From Dicyema japonicum (Eukaryota > Animalia > Dicyemida): a stretch of 64,000 nucleotides of DNA. The notes beneath the pieces were generated by a model that did no database searches, was not told the origin of the DNA, and saw only the letters and a program-made list of their open reading frames with translations. Location of the stretch: NCBI GenBank assembly GCA_011109175.1, contig RDEW01000002.1:748676-812675 (forward strand), written 5' to 3'. The translations under genes and the position numbers were made by a program. Position 1 is the stretch's first letter; each line of letters starts with the position of its first letter. This document shows, piece after piece, positions 39,319-51,847 of the stretch.

Positions 39319-42300
39319 TGAACAATTATTATGATATAATATATTTGGCTCTATTTATTTTAATATTTAATTATTATAAATAATTTTTATAAATGCAGGA
39401 AAAAATCCAGAATTAAGAATTTGATATTGGCCCCATTTTTTTTATTTATGACTGCAAGAAGTATTTTTACTACAAAAAATAATAAAAACATTTTAATTAA
39501 TTGGCAGATAATTTGGTAGTGTGGCAATCGTATGACCATTGCACTATGCGAATACAGTTCAAAAAATCAATTCATGGTCATGTTTGTTTTTCAAAAAACG
39601 AAAATTATCTAATTTTTATGACGTAATTGTATGATTGCTATCAAGTTATTGTTTATTGTCTTTTGTTCTGCTATTCTATTGTTCTATTCAATTTTACTCT
39701 ATTCTATACTATTCTATCCTATTCTATCAACCACATAAATCTGAAGAGACCTGTTCGATCTGACAACGTGGTAAGGGTAGAAAGCTGAGTCGTTTGTGAC
39801 ACTTGAGGCGACTTCACCATTTTCTTGTGCCAAGATAAAAAAGTTACAGTTCAATGAAGAGGTGGACGTGTTTTCGTTGCCGGTTGAATTTATTTCCTGG
39901 ATTTAATATGGCATTCTCGGAGTAAATCAGAACTATTACTCAAGAAGTTATTTCGAACACTTGACGTATGAAGATTATTTTTGTTAGGATCCCTAAGGCC
40001 TGTCGTCACAATTTGCCTCTGCTCTTGCTTCAATTCTCAATGTTTCAACGTAAAATCCTTGAACACAAGTGGACTTTAAAGAAGAATTTGCATTGAGGAT
40101 AAAGCTTATCGAGCTTTTTTATGACTCCAAGCAGAGGGTTGAAGTAAACCTGTGGCATTTATCTTCGAAAGGATTATCATTCATCCCATTATCTGAGGAT
40201 ATGATGGATGGCTTTTCTAACAAAGCAAGAATAGAATCATAGAGGAGAGCAACTATTAAATTTGGAGAGCAAATATTAACTTGACAGTCAAAACTATAAG
40301 AGAGAGCGTCTATTACCCTTTCCGAAATAAAAAAAATAGTACATTTCAATTGCGGAGATAAGACAACAGTTGGCAGAACTTCTATCTGAGAGTTTAGGGA
40401 ACCGAACTATGACTTGTTTCTTCAATCACACCCTGAACTATCCTAACCAATCTTTCCTTGATAATAATAATCACGATGCCTCTACTCCTTAAACTCGTCA
40501 GGAGTCCCCTACCAGGGCCCTTCATCTAATCTTTACGGACTACATATTATCCCGACAATCAAGGGTGGGCCGTACAGGAGTGATTGTGTCTTGATTGAGA
40601 GTCACGATCAGACTGCCATGAGAGAGCGCGATTCCAGTTAAATTTAACTGAAAGATAGTGAATTAGGAGTCGGACAAGAATTTGGTCCTACATTCACTAC
40701 TAGAGCAACAAAAATGCAAATATTTGAAATTTAACGGATGATCAGCTTCATATGATATCCTATAGCAAGTTTTTCCGCCTCGAGTATAAATCCGAGTTTG
40801 GTCTCTTTATCTGATTCGTTGGGGGTAATATCAATCAAATCTTATCTGGACCAAACCTACCAATGACTATAAGGGACTTGTGGGAGCCCGATCATTCCAA
40901 GCTAGACTCTTGATTGCTTACAATTCCCTACACGCTACTGAGGATGAGATAAATAACTAACTTAGAATGAATCACTCGAGCTATAAAATCGGTCACCGAA
41001 GAAGCAGTCTGGACCAATGCAAGCAATATAAAATACACAGAGGTGTTTATAACCCTACATCTTAGTTAATTGAATACGGGATATTAGGCTTAAAAGCGAT
41101 ACCTAAAACTCCACAAATCACGGATTTCAGTTTCTCTTGGACGAGCTATGAGACCAAAAAAAGTGTACCAATCACTGTGAATATTTTTTGACAAACGAGT
41201 GTGAAAGAGACTTTGTTCATGTGCTAAATGCTTATGGCTGCGGTTACTTAAGCGAGGATCATCTAAAACAAATTTATAAATATACGACAAGTTTGGTCAT
41301 GTTGTATTGAACACCATCACTCAGTAGCCTCATATCCGACTGTTTTAGCGACTTTTACCTTTTCACAGTTCGAATGGGTTGCATAGATCCCAAAACTATG
41401 TAAAAATATGTGGAAAATTTGGACGCTTAGAAGATATGAATCTCCTAATGCGTTTATAGAATTGTTAGCGCAAAAGATCCTATTATTTAACCCTGAACAT
41501 GAGAAACATTGATAACAAATCCTGAAAGACTACAGGTATCACAAAAATCGTGTGCATTTACTGACGGAAGAATATGAGAATGATTTTTACGATCTAATAA
41601 GCGAATAAGTGCTAAAACGCGTTGGAACTGTTCGGACATGTTTTACTCAACTTTTTATTGAGGATTTTTTCGTGGACGAGATAGATCATGATTGTGTCCA
41701 ATTTGGAAGTAACTAAAAAGATGAAATTGGAAACAAATGAAGAGGAAAGTTAGAAGGAAGAAACTGGTGAGGATAATTGGAGTACACTACAAACCTTAAG
41801 TACTCATGCTTGAGGGAAACGGGGAATACCAAGCTCATTTTCCTTCTGGTCTTCTCAAATGTTGTTAGTTATCCAATATATCTAACAAGTAGGAAACTGG
41901 TTGCCTACATACACTCAGACACAATTTGTGGTGGTTCCCTTAAATCCTCCTAAGAAAGTGTAGGTTTCTGGACTGAGAAAATCGTTTCATGAATGATAAT
42001 AACTTTTTTGTTACTTTGCCAAAAAAGTGATAAATCAGTGTCCTATGCTCTTATTTTTTAAAATCAAATTTTTGTTCCAAGACCACCATTAAACTGAAAA
42101 AAACAATCTAAGTAATCCAGACAAAGTTAATCCAGGATCTCAGCTTGGCTCAATGCTCCTTTCTTGATCAAACGCAAGCTTTGGTTCGGGTTGCTTCCTG
42201 ATCAAGTTGGACCAGGCCTCTTCTGTTATTCCTTCAAATTAGGATCTCTAAGGGTGTCGACATCATGTTCTCTTTATCCGTCAGCCATAAAGAACTTTTT

Positions 42301-42745
42301 AGCCGCGAATTTCTGAACATTATTATTATTTATTAACCCCAGGCTTACAATGGTAAGCCCAGCACAAAAAGTCATAACTAACTAATCAGGGAGGAAGCAA
42401 AGGGAAACATCTGCCTGTGCTACCAAATCTATCTTCCAATATTTCATTACAGGTCTCCGTTTCCGAAGATAGGTGGAGAAGCTTTCTTCCATTTTTGTCC
42501 CACGTAATACCGTCTCCGACATCACTTCATTCTTTAGCGAAATAGTTTTCATAATGAAATCTTCATCAGGAATTGTCCAGGGATCAGGGATTTGGTCAGG
42601 ATCTTTAGTCCAAGACTTATTTTGTATAAATTAATAATTATTATAATAATTTTATTTTAAACAAATACCTGGTTAGATAAGTTACATAATACCACGATTA
42701 GATAATTTACGACATATAAATAATAACGTGCAATAAATAATAACA

Positions 42746-43924
42746 ATGAGCTATCTCTTTTGTTTCGTACACGGGATAAAGAAAGAAACGTGCTGACAAA
42801 AAAAATCTTAAAAACATTATCAATAAAACAAGTAATTTCAGTATTATGCTACTCGGTATTACTCCATTAAACTTTAGGTACTGGTGAATCAGGAAAAACT
42901 ACAATCCTCAAGCAAATTAAGCAGATACATGTAGCCGCGTACTCTTATTCAGATCTTGTCGCACATAAGAAGATTGTCTATGCAAACATTTTGCAAAGCA
43001 TGATGACCATATTGATTGCAATGCGTAAGCTCAAAATCGACTTTTATACTCTGAAAGTTTCGTTTGATTCATTGATGTTAATCTTAGAGATCACGTAGAC
43101 ATCTGCTAACTTCTCAAAATCAGATCATTTCGAACTTTGATCAATTCCATTATTTCATTTCCCAGCTTTGGAGTGATGATGGCGTTAAAGAGTGTGTTTC
43201 TCGCTCCAACATGTTCCGCCTGAATGATTCCGCAGAATAGTTTTATCTTCCGTGATTATAGCTACTTAACTGTTTGGACGAGATCTGTAAGCCTGACTAC
43301 GTCCCAACAGTCGACCACGCGCTTAGATCGAGACTAAAGACAACTGGAATGACGGAAATTCAGTTTATCTTCAACTACATCTTTTTCCGGTAGTCGTTGT
43401 GATGACCATAGAGTGCTGGACGTTGGGGGACAGCGGCCTAATCCAAAGAAGTGGATTCACATTTTCGGAGACACGTCAGCAGCCCTGTTTGTTGCCTCTC
43501 TATCAGATTTTTGCTTGATGTCTGAAGATCTTTCCATTGTAGTTTTTATGGTAAACGCAGAATCAAATGAAAAAGAGTCTGGATTTATTCTCTACAATTG
43601 TGAACAGCGACTCTTTTAATGGTAAATTGATCATTCTTCTTTTGAACAAATACGATATTTTCCTGAAAGTGATACAGAACCACTCTATTAAGGATTACTT
43701 CTCTGATTTTAAAGGTTTGTGAGGTTAATCGAAGGGGATGACAAGAATGAGATTGACGTGAGAGAGTTTATAGAGAATATGTATTTGGAGAGATGTTCTG
43801 GAACTGGAGAAATGTCTTTCCCCATTATATATGTGCTACTGATACTAATAATGTGAATATTGTGTTTCAGGATGTGGTTGATATTATCATTGATAGTCAT
43901 CTTCGATCTGCTGGGTTAACCTAA
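42746..43924 (+). CDS. Heterotrimeric G-protein alpha subunit, divergent Gi/o-like; six introns (22,31,22,22,22,20 nt); four apparent 1-nt deletions
   Basis: LLG|TGESGKTT, RSRLKTTG, DVGGQR, LLNKYD, CATDT and C-terminal LRSAGLT*. Introns at 42856-42877, 43057-43087, 43240-43261, 43390-43411, 43539-43560 and 43715-43734 match vertebrate Gi/o positions. Confidence 0.88.
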
Positions 43925-45094
43925 TATTTTCTTTATTATTCATTTATTAATTGATTAGTATAATTGAATTATTGTGAGTCGGACTTAATATATAAGGAAG
44001 TTACTGGGGTACAATTCTACCAGCTTAAATGGTTAATTGATGGAGATCCTGGTGTACCTCTATTGAGTAGAATCTTTACTTAGCTTCTTCATTTCCGTGA
44101 CAATGGACGAGTGGCGAACCCACTAGACATTAGAAACCCTGAATTCTAGACAAGAGAAGCGTTGTATGCATGTTGGATCAGGATTTGAATCTAGATAGCT
44201 TATCATTAAGAAAAGATGAGAATCGTAGACAAATTAACTAATGGAGGGATTTAGCACAAACCAGCTGGAATATATTCTACCACTATGCTACATGGTCGAC
44301 TATTTAAATCCATTTAATCTTTCAAAATAAATATTATTAATAATTATTTATTATTATCTAACAAACAAATTACATAATTTAATATTACAAAATTTAATAT
44401 TGCAAACTGTCTAATAATATATATATATTTTTTTATATATTTAAAAAATAATATATATTATAATTTAAGAGAAATAATCTTTTATTCATAATATAAATTA
44501 GTTATTTTGTTAATATATTTAATGGAGCCTGGCTCAGAGTATTACTATGCATCTCACTTGGACACTCTTGGATGACGACGTGAAGAGGATTAGGAAGACC
44601 ACCAAAAAAAAGAATTAACTCCCTAAATTAAATGATCCCAGCCTCCAACATCTCTCGAATTATCTTCGAATGCTTCGCCAGTTAACTAACAGCGTTCCTG
44701 AAGTGTCTTCTGTTATTTCTTTGAGAGGAATACTATCGAATTGCACTTTTTTAATGCCAATCTGAATTCCTCCGCATGAACCGCCCACTCTCTGAATGGG
44801 TTTCCTAGTTCTTTGCACATGCGTAGGAAGTCCACGTCGTGGCTATTGTATATTTTACTTTAAAAATTTCCATATTTACGAATAATTAAATTCTTGAGCT
44901 GTATAGAATTTGATAACTATGACATTCTTGTAAAAGCGTTTGCTTCCGATATAGAATTATATCAGATCATCAAGTTTTATCACTGATTCTAAATTAAGTC
45001 AAAATGTATCACTTCTTCGCATTCGACCATTTGTTAGGAATTTATTCCAAAAACCTCGATACCGTTTGAATGGTTTCTTATTTGAAAGGTCAAA

Positions 45095-46000
45095 TTAGTT
45101 AGTTAGTTAAGTAACCAGCCTCACTAATTGTAAGAGGCCAGCAGCTATTAAGAGTACGCAGCAGATGTGGTCGCTCCCATAGATCGTCAGTTCCGGCATT
45201 GTGGAGAAATGTTATGCCAATTCATGACATTGAAATAGGTGATTTGTTGTCAGCACGTGGAGGTTACAAAAGAGGCAGAGTGTATCATATGTTGGTAGAT
45301 ATGGGTGGTGCCCACATATAGACGAGCCAGGTTTACTCGCACGTCTCTTGAAAGAGAGGATTCTGATTGGTCTATTGGAGGAGAAGGTCGCTGTAATATT
45401 TTTATTGTCTCTGAGTCTTCGGATGCTTCTCGTAGAAAAAAATCGTGTATCTGTTTCAGACGACTCCTGTCATTGGGGATGGAAGGAATGGATGATAACT
45501 TTTGAGACAGGTCACTGGTTTGTCATAATAATTTCCTTTTGTTTAGCGGCTTGCATAGGGAGTGGCAGGGATGTTCTAGAATGTAGGCTTGGGAGAGGAA
45601 CTGCAGGTCTCTCATTTTTTAGATGGTCTTCAATTGGAAGGATCTTTGACTCCCATGTAGATTATCAACAGGAAATTTATCTGAGACATCCAGTAATTAT
45701 CCTGAGCGCGATGTTTTGTACTTTTTGTAGGCCAAAGGAATGGCCTGAACAGCTTTAAATATGTTGATCTTTTGAGATGCCTTGGTACATTGTTCCTCCA
45801 CATGTTTAGAGAAAGTTAGTAGTAGGTCATAAATAAATCCAAGTATTTTGGGATGTTTCGTAATGGTGAGTGGTTGTCCATGAATTGTTAAAATTGGTTG
45901 AAAATTTAGTTGGCGGCGGTTGGACGTGAATACAGGTGGATTTCGATGGAGAGGGGATAGGTGGTTTCTCTAAGCCACTCTTTAGAGTATTCAAGTGGAT
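45095..46000 (-). mobile_element. I/Ingi-group LINE RT C-terminal fragment with (TAAC)n tail
   Basis: Frameshifted LTFSKHVEEQCTKASQKINI, QKVQNIALRIITGC, ESKILPIEDHL and DLWERP; ends TTAACTAACTAACTAA. Confidence 0.65.
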
Positions 46001-46183
46001 GAATAGGTCAAATAACAAGTTTGTAATAATTAAAATAATATAGAATTGAACAGATGGAAAGAAAATTTTAGAATATATTTAATTAATAATTTATACAATC
46101 AGTTCAATTTTATAATTTTTATACAGCAAGCATAATAAAATTAGTACGTAATAAAATTAGCTCTCTGAGGATAAATTAATAAG

Positions 46184-46510
46184 ATGGTTGGTATACGGTG
46201 TTTTATTTATAGATACTATATCTATGTTTCCGATTAACAAGCAGGAGTGAAAGTTGGCAATGCTTGTGGGGACCCGTTGATGCGCCAGATGGTGACTTGT
46301 CGATAGTGCAGAGGGTTTTATGCTTGGTGAGCAATATTACTGCTATCCTTGATGCCTATGAAAGTCTTGATTACAAACTGGTGAATGACGAGAGAGCCTT
46401 CGTTAGATGGTTCATCGGCGAAGGAATGGAAGAAGGCGAGTTCAGTGAAGCAAGAGAGGACTTAGCTGCTCATGAAAAACAGTTATGAAGAGGCAGGGCT
46501 GACTTCTCCG
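46184..46510 (+). pseudogene. TUBA: Alpha-tubulin remnant with an internal deletion of about codons 22-358
   Basis: ATG followed by a 26-nt intron (46187-46212), then [10 protein letters not shown](W) joined directly to [32 protein letters not shown]. Confidence 0.85.
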
Positions 46511-47759
46511 ATAATTAACAAGAGCATGAAGACCGTATGTTTGTTTATTTTTTTTGGTTCTGATTAATTTATGGGTTTTCACAGTTTCTTTTTTTTAATA
46601 CTTTTGGCTTCCTTAGTATTATGGTTTTCTTTCAGATTTAGGCGATATTTTTGTGACTGATTAATAATTATATAATAAGTACATAGTGATGTAACAGTTT
46701 TAATTCAAATGAGTATTTTTATTAATAGTATTGATGTATAAATATGTTAAATTGGTTATAAAACCAAAGTTGTCTAAATATTGTACAACTCAGATGTAAC
46801 TTATTTTTTAGACACAATAAACAAAAATGTCATCCAGCGGCTGCCATACTGTATATCCATGGCCTCTCATGACCAGCAGCGCTCACAGAGTTCTGTTCGT
46901 TGAAATCCAATTCCCTGTTCTTGATGACCTTGGTATGTCGAGAAATGAGTCTTTTCTCCCTTAGTCAGATTTCACAAAATGTCTATATTGTTGTAACAGT
47001 TTTATTTTAAATGAGTGTTTATTGAATACTATTGATGTATAAAAATTATGTAACTCTGATTTAACTTAATTTTTTAAGGTCAACCCCGTTTGAAGAACTC
47101 GTAAAGGGAACGGGTGCCTCTTTGAAACCCAAAATTTCCGAAAAGTGATATTTATACAAGAAGTGTGTTGGTTCTCGGTAGGAACACCGAGAAAAGATGA
47201 GGGTACTGCTTAAGGAGTCTGGGATTACCTAACGATTCCTACTCTCTTTTATTTTGTCGGTGATTCTTGGTTTTAAATAAATAAATGTTGTTAAATAAGG
47301 ATTTCACTTTATTACTGCCAGGATCACTGGGTCAAAGAGAAGGAATAAAAGTTATCAACTAACTAAGTGATCCCAGACCGACAAAGGAACTGGAGAATGA
47401 TCCTTTTTCGCACAACTCTAGTATTGACTGTCACCAGATATAGATGAATGAGTAAGTAGGAGAAACCTTCTATTAAATAACAATAGTTAGAAATCGAAAA
47501 CATGGAACATTGACATGACTAGAAATGAGTTACTTAGTTAATTTCCACTAATTCATGACATAGACGGTTGTTCTCTCGTTCAACTAATCTGAGATTTTTT
47601 TTCAAAATTAGTTTTATTTGTGGTAGTTTAATTTTTTTTATAAATTTAACCTTAATGCATTAGTTTTCTCAAACTTTTCTAATTACTATATTTGCTTTTC
47701 TAATTCTATTTACAGTGAGGACACCCGGAGGAAAGTACTATCGACGGTCGCACTGAACA

Positions 47760-48330
47760 GGATGAAGACGCATTGGTTGGCTACAGACGGTAACGATCGC
47801 ACTGAACAGGATGAAGACGCATTGGTTGGCTAACAGACCGGTAACGATCGCGCTTTGTTTTCGCTTCTACAATGCTTTCGTGAAACCGGTCCTGCTATAT
47901 AACTCTTCCTGCTGGGGGACCTTGGTCTCAGAAACCAAAAATCTTATCTCTGTCACCGAAGGCAATTTCGAATACTGTGCGGGGTATAATGACGACACGG
48001 ATCAACAATAAGGCTCTGTACCGAAAGTGCTCAACACGACCTGTGACTTGGGATGGAATGGAGACCGATGAATATTGTTTGGACACGTCATACGAATGGA
48101 CCCCACATCACCTGCAAATTTGGCAATGGAGAAATATTTCGCTGCAAGTGGAATGAAATATCGGGGGCGCCCCCTTACTACGCTACCGGGGGGGTGCTCG
48201 ATAAGGATCTCAAGGCAATCAACCGGAGACTTGTAAGTGGCGAGGATCTGGATGCTATGAGAAGTTTGGCGTGTAACAGGGGAGCATGCACGAGATTGAT
48301 CAGATAAATTGATTTAAGTGCCGCACATGT
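47760..48330 (+). mobile_element. RTE-clade LINE 3' fragment with an internal ~50-nt tandem duplication
   Basis: FYNAFVKPVLLYNSSCWG, RRQFRILCGV, GRPLTTLPGVLDKDL and EDLDAMRSLACNRG. Confidence 0.7.
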
Positions 48331-48858
48331 GGAAATATAACAATTATGTTTCTACGATAATAATAATTGTTGATGAACTCAGGAATGATGGAAAAGTTGT
48401 CAATAGCGACCAGTTGTATGATTTATCTCCTTAATATGAACTTAACTTCTCGTCCTCTTTATTGGACTTGGGAGACATCAGATACACGAATGAGAGATTC
48501 TCAAATGTCTGTCTTCGAATTCCGTTTAGTCCAGTTTTGGGAGAGACCAGATGAATTCTCTTATTTCGCTATAAGCACTCATAGAAGACTTTGGAAAATG
48601 TAAAGTGTCGGATGAACAAAAAGGACGAAATAGTTATTTCCATTAATTGACATTTTTCACGCAAATTGGTGAATACGCTAATTGAACATAATGTCTCAAT
48701 TAGGACTTTGATCGTCCTCCGCATGTGATAAAAAAACCAAAGGTTGCGCCTCAGACTACCTACAATCTGCATGACGTGGATAATTTTATTGTTTCGTTAC
48801 GCACATATTCGATTGTGGTCTCGAAAATGTCTCTGCTATACACATTAATCTCCAAGAC

Positions 48859-48915
48859 NNNNNNNNNNNNNNNNNNNNNNNNNNNNNNNNNNNNNNNNNN
48901 NNNNNNNNNNNNNNN
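48859..48915. other. Assembly gap (57 N)
   Basis: Run of N. Confidence 1.
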
Positions 48916-49056
48916 GTAGAATGAATAAGTGAATCCTTATGAATGCCGCCCATGCATCGGACGTCTCTTGAGTAAGAAAGATTCAGTGACCCCGCCAGCG
49001 GGAAGGAAGAGAAATAAATAATCAAGTATCCACATGGAACCACGTGACCATTGGCA
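48916..49056 (-). repeat. Family-1 element, copy G (core 48930-48993), truncated by the gap
   Basis: Compensatory stems TGAATCT/GGATTCA and GATGC/GCATT. Confidence 0.6.
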
Positions 49057-51189
49057 TTATTAAATGAAAAAAAAGAAAAATAGACTTACACATTGAAAAT
49101 TATGCAAACTATTACTCCATATAATAATGAAATAATTATTAATATATAAACAAATATTAAATAAATGCTAAATTTTGACAAAAAAATTTCTCGCGTTAAA
49201 TATTATAAGAATTTATTCTCATTTCTAAAAACCATTTCAATCTGCTACAACATATGTACTATCACGTATCAATTAATTGAAATATCCTGATTCATCAAAT
49301 ACATTACTGAATACATATTTTTTTCTTAACTTATCAAAAATATGAAGGACTATAAGTATTTGTTAAATTATTGCATTGTCTATATAAAACTTAATGTTCA
49401 ATTCTGATATGATTATTATACATTTCGGCAGTCACAATCTTTCTTAACAAATTTAAAACATAATAAAACTGAAAGCCATAATATTTTATTTTCTGAATTA
49501 CATATATTTTAAACACAGAATTTCATAGAATTCTTTTGATGGCAATTATAATTATGTCGGCTATTGGAAGTCGTGTTTATTTGTAAATAATAAGCTGCAC
49601 ACATTTCGGTAATTAATAAACTCTAATATATAATCGGACGCTAAAATTATGCTTTTTTTCTATAAATAAGTTCAATTAACAATCGAACACTGCTACTGAA
49701 TTTTGTCTTATGATATCGTTCTCAAAAATTGTTTATTCACATTTTACGAGTAATTTCAATTCCTTCATACGATTTTCAAAAAACGGAATCATTTTTTATG
49801 AGTTATTTGTTTATTCCATATTTCTAAAATTTATTGAACTGCCTGATTTAACAATATCTTTTTAAACTTGAAATAGACTTTTCAGAATATTTCGAATTAC
49901 AAGAAAGTCGTATCCAATTTGAATATTTATTAACGAATATTCGTAATATTTTCTATTTATAAATTTATCAACCGTTCAACTATCGATCGACTTTCAAAAT
50001 ATTTTTATTTGCTGATTTTTGTGATTAATGAATTGAACAGTTAAGAGATGTTTTCTGAATAACTACATCTTCAGAAAAACTAACTTAATCTCAAAAATTT
50101 CAAAATTAATTTAGTGATTGAACAGCCACTAAAGGAAAACTTAAAAATCATTGGATTAAAATAAGAATCAATCAGAAATCAGAGACAAGTCGTAAATAAG
50201 AGAGTTAAGACCAGTATCCCATTGAACAGTCTCATTTGGAGAAAGCAAATATCATTTAACTATAACAGCTCTTCACTAAGTCATTTCTGTAGATTGTGTT
50301 CCCATTCTTATCGACTCCGTAGCCTCCACTAATAGGACGTGGTTATATATTAGCCTACATTGGAACAGCAGTGCATAAGAGACGTATTTCATCATACCTG
50401 GATAAAATCGAAATTTATTAAGTATTTGTAATGTTCGGTAAAAAATATGCCACTCGTTTGTATCTCATTTCCTCGAACCGGTAAATAACTTTCCCAAACA
50501 ATCCTCTCTGAGCATAATCAGGTTCATACATTAAGGAAATCACCTATATTTTTAATATTTCAATAAACGTGATAATTTTATTAAAATAAAAAAATATTAA
50601 ATTAATTTTTTTTGTATTCGATGTACTTCATTTTACACTATCTCGTGTTTTTGATCGCAAAGCGTATTAACTTTACTTATTTCTCAAATAAGGTCGCAAA
50701 ACAGAGGGCGATGGAGACGCCTAGTGAAGCAGATTTTGAAACGTGTGGCACAAACGGGACCTTAGTTAAAAAAATGTTTTTTAATTCTGTGAACCATGGT
50801 AGTTCTAATAGTCAAGTTGAGTATGAGACAATCATTTTTTTTATTTTATGTTTCATTCGTATATTTAGATGTTTTTAAAGCAGGAAATAATGCGGATTTT
50901 TGTGACAATTAGTCCCAATATTTTGACCTATTAAAGTTTAAATTTAGGAAACTAATGAGTTCAGCCTACAGTGGTTTCCGTCTCGGAAAATCATTGAAAT
51001 ACTCATTTTAGTTAATCTCTTGAGTTAGTGTAGTGATTATATGTCATAGTGCACAAGAAATACTGAACAGTTCAACTTTCCTGTCCTACCTTTTGGCAAA
51101 AACCTGGAAAATTCGTGAGATCGTTTGTCTTTAACTACTGGGGGAAGAAATACCGACATAATTAATTGTACTACTATGCATTTGAAAAG

Positions 51190-51550
51190 AAATAATTTAT
51201 TAATTTAAATAAAATCTCTTTAATATTAAATTGCGTCGTACTTCTTTACCAATTCGCTTTTTCATCGAGCTCAACAATTTTGTCGCTGTCGCCAATGAAA
51301 TTTCCTTTGAAGAAAATCCACGGAACCTAAAATCTTAAAATCAGGCAAACAGTGCGCTTCTTTGTGATTTTTTCCAGAACATTCATAATTTCCTGGAATT
51401 TTGGTTCTGTGTCAATTACCCACTCAGTGTATTGAGGAATAGAGAACATGTGATTCCTCAGTATTACTACTGCTTTCGTTGAATGCGTGCAATATGATTT
51501 CGTCACAATAAAGACTTTATTTGTCATTATTTTGCAGCCGACGACTTTGG
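51190..51550 (-). mobile_element. Merlin/IS1595 (ISXO2-like) transposase remnant
   Basis: IGDSDKIVELDEKRIGK resembles IGGxGxIVEIDESKFGK; duplicated at 63660-64000. Confidence 0.55.
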
Positions 51551-51847
51551 TAACATCGTTGTAGTCTATAATTATTTAGAACTTATACTGTCACAGTTGT
51601 TACCTATATTATAGAATGGGAGATACTTTGCGAGGAAAAATAAAAGATCACAAGAATGGCAGCAATTGAACCGACCAACACTGCTATACGCTTTATTCCA
51701 AAAAAATATGATATCATGTAAAAATTATGCTAATAAGAATTATAGTAATTTATATTTGAAATTAATGTTTATATTAAAATTAATTGTAATTTTAAAAATC
51801 CAAAAGAAAAATCGACTTTCCACTGATATATTCAAATATAGGACAAA

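Noticed and set aside
48725-49043. ORFs spanning the N gap
   Set aside because: Artefacts of translating through Ns.
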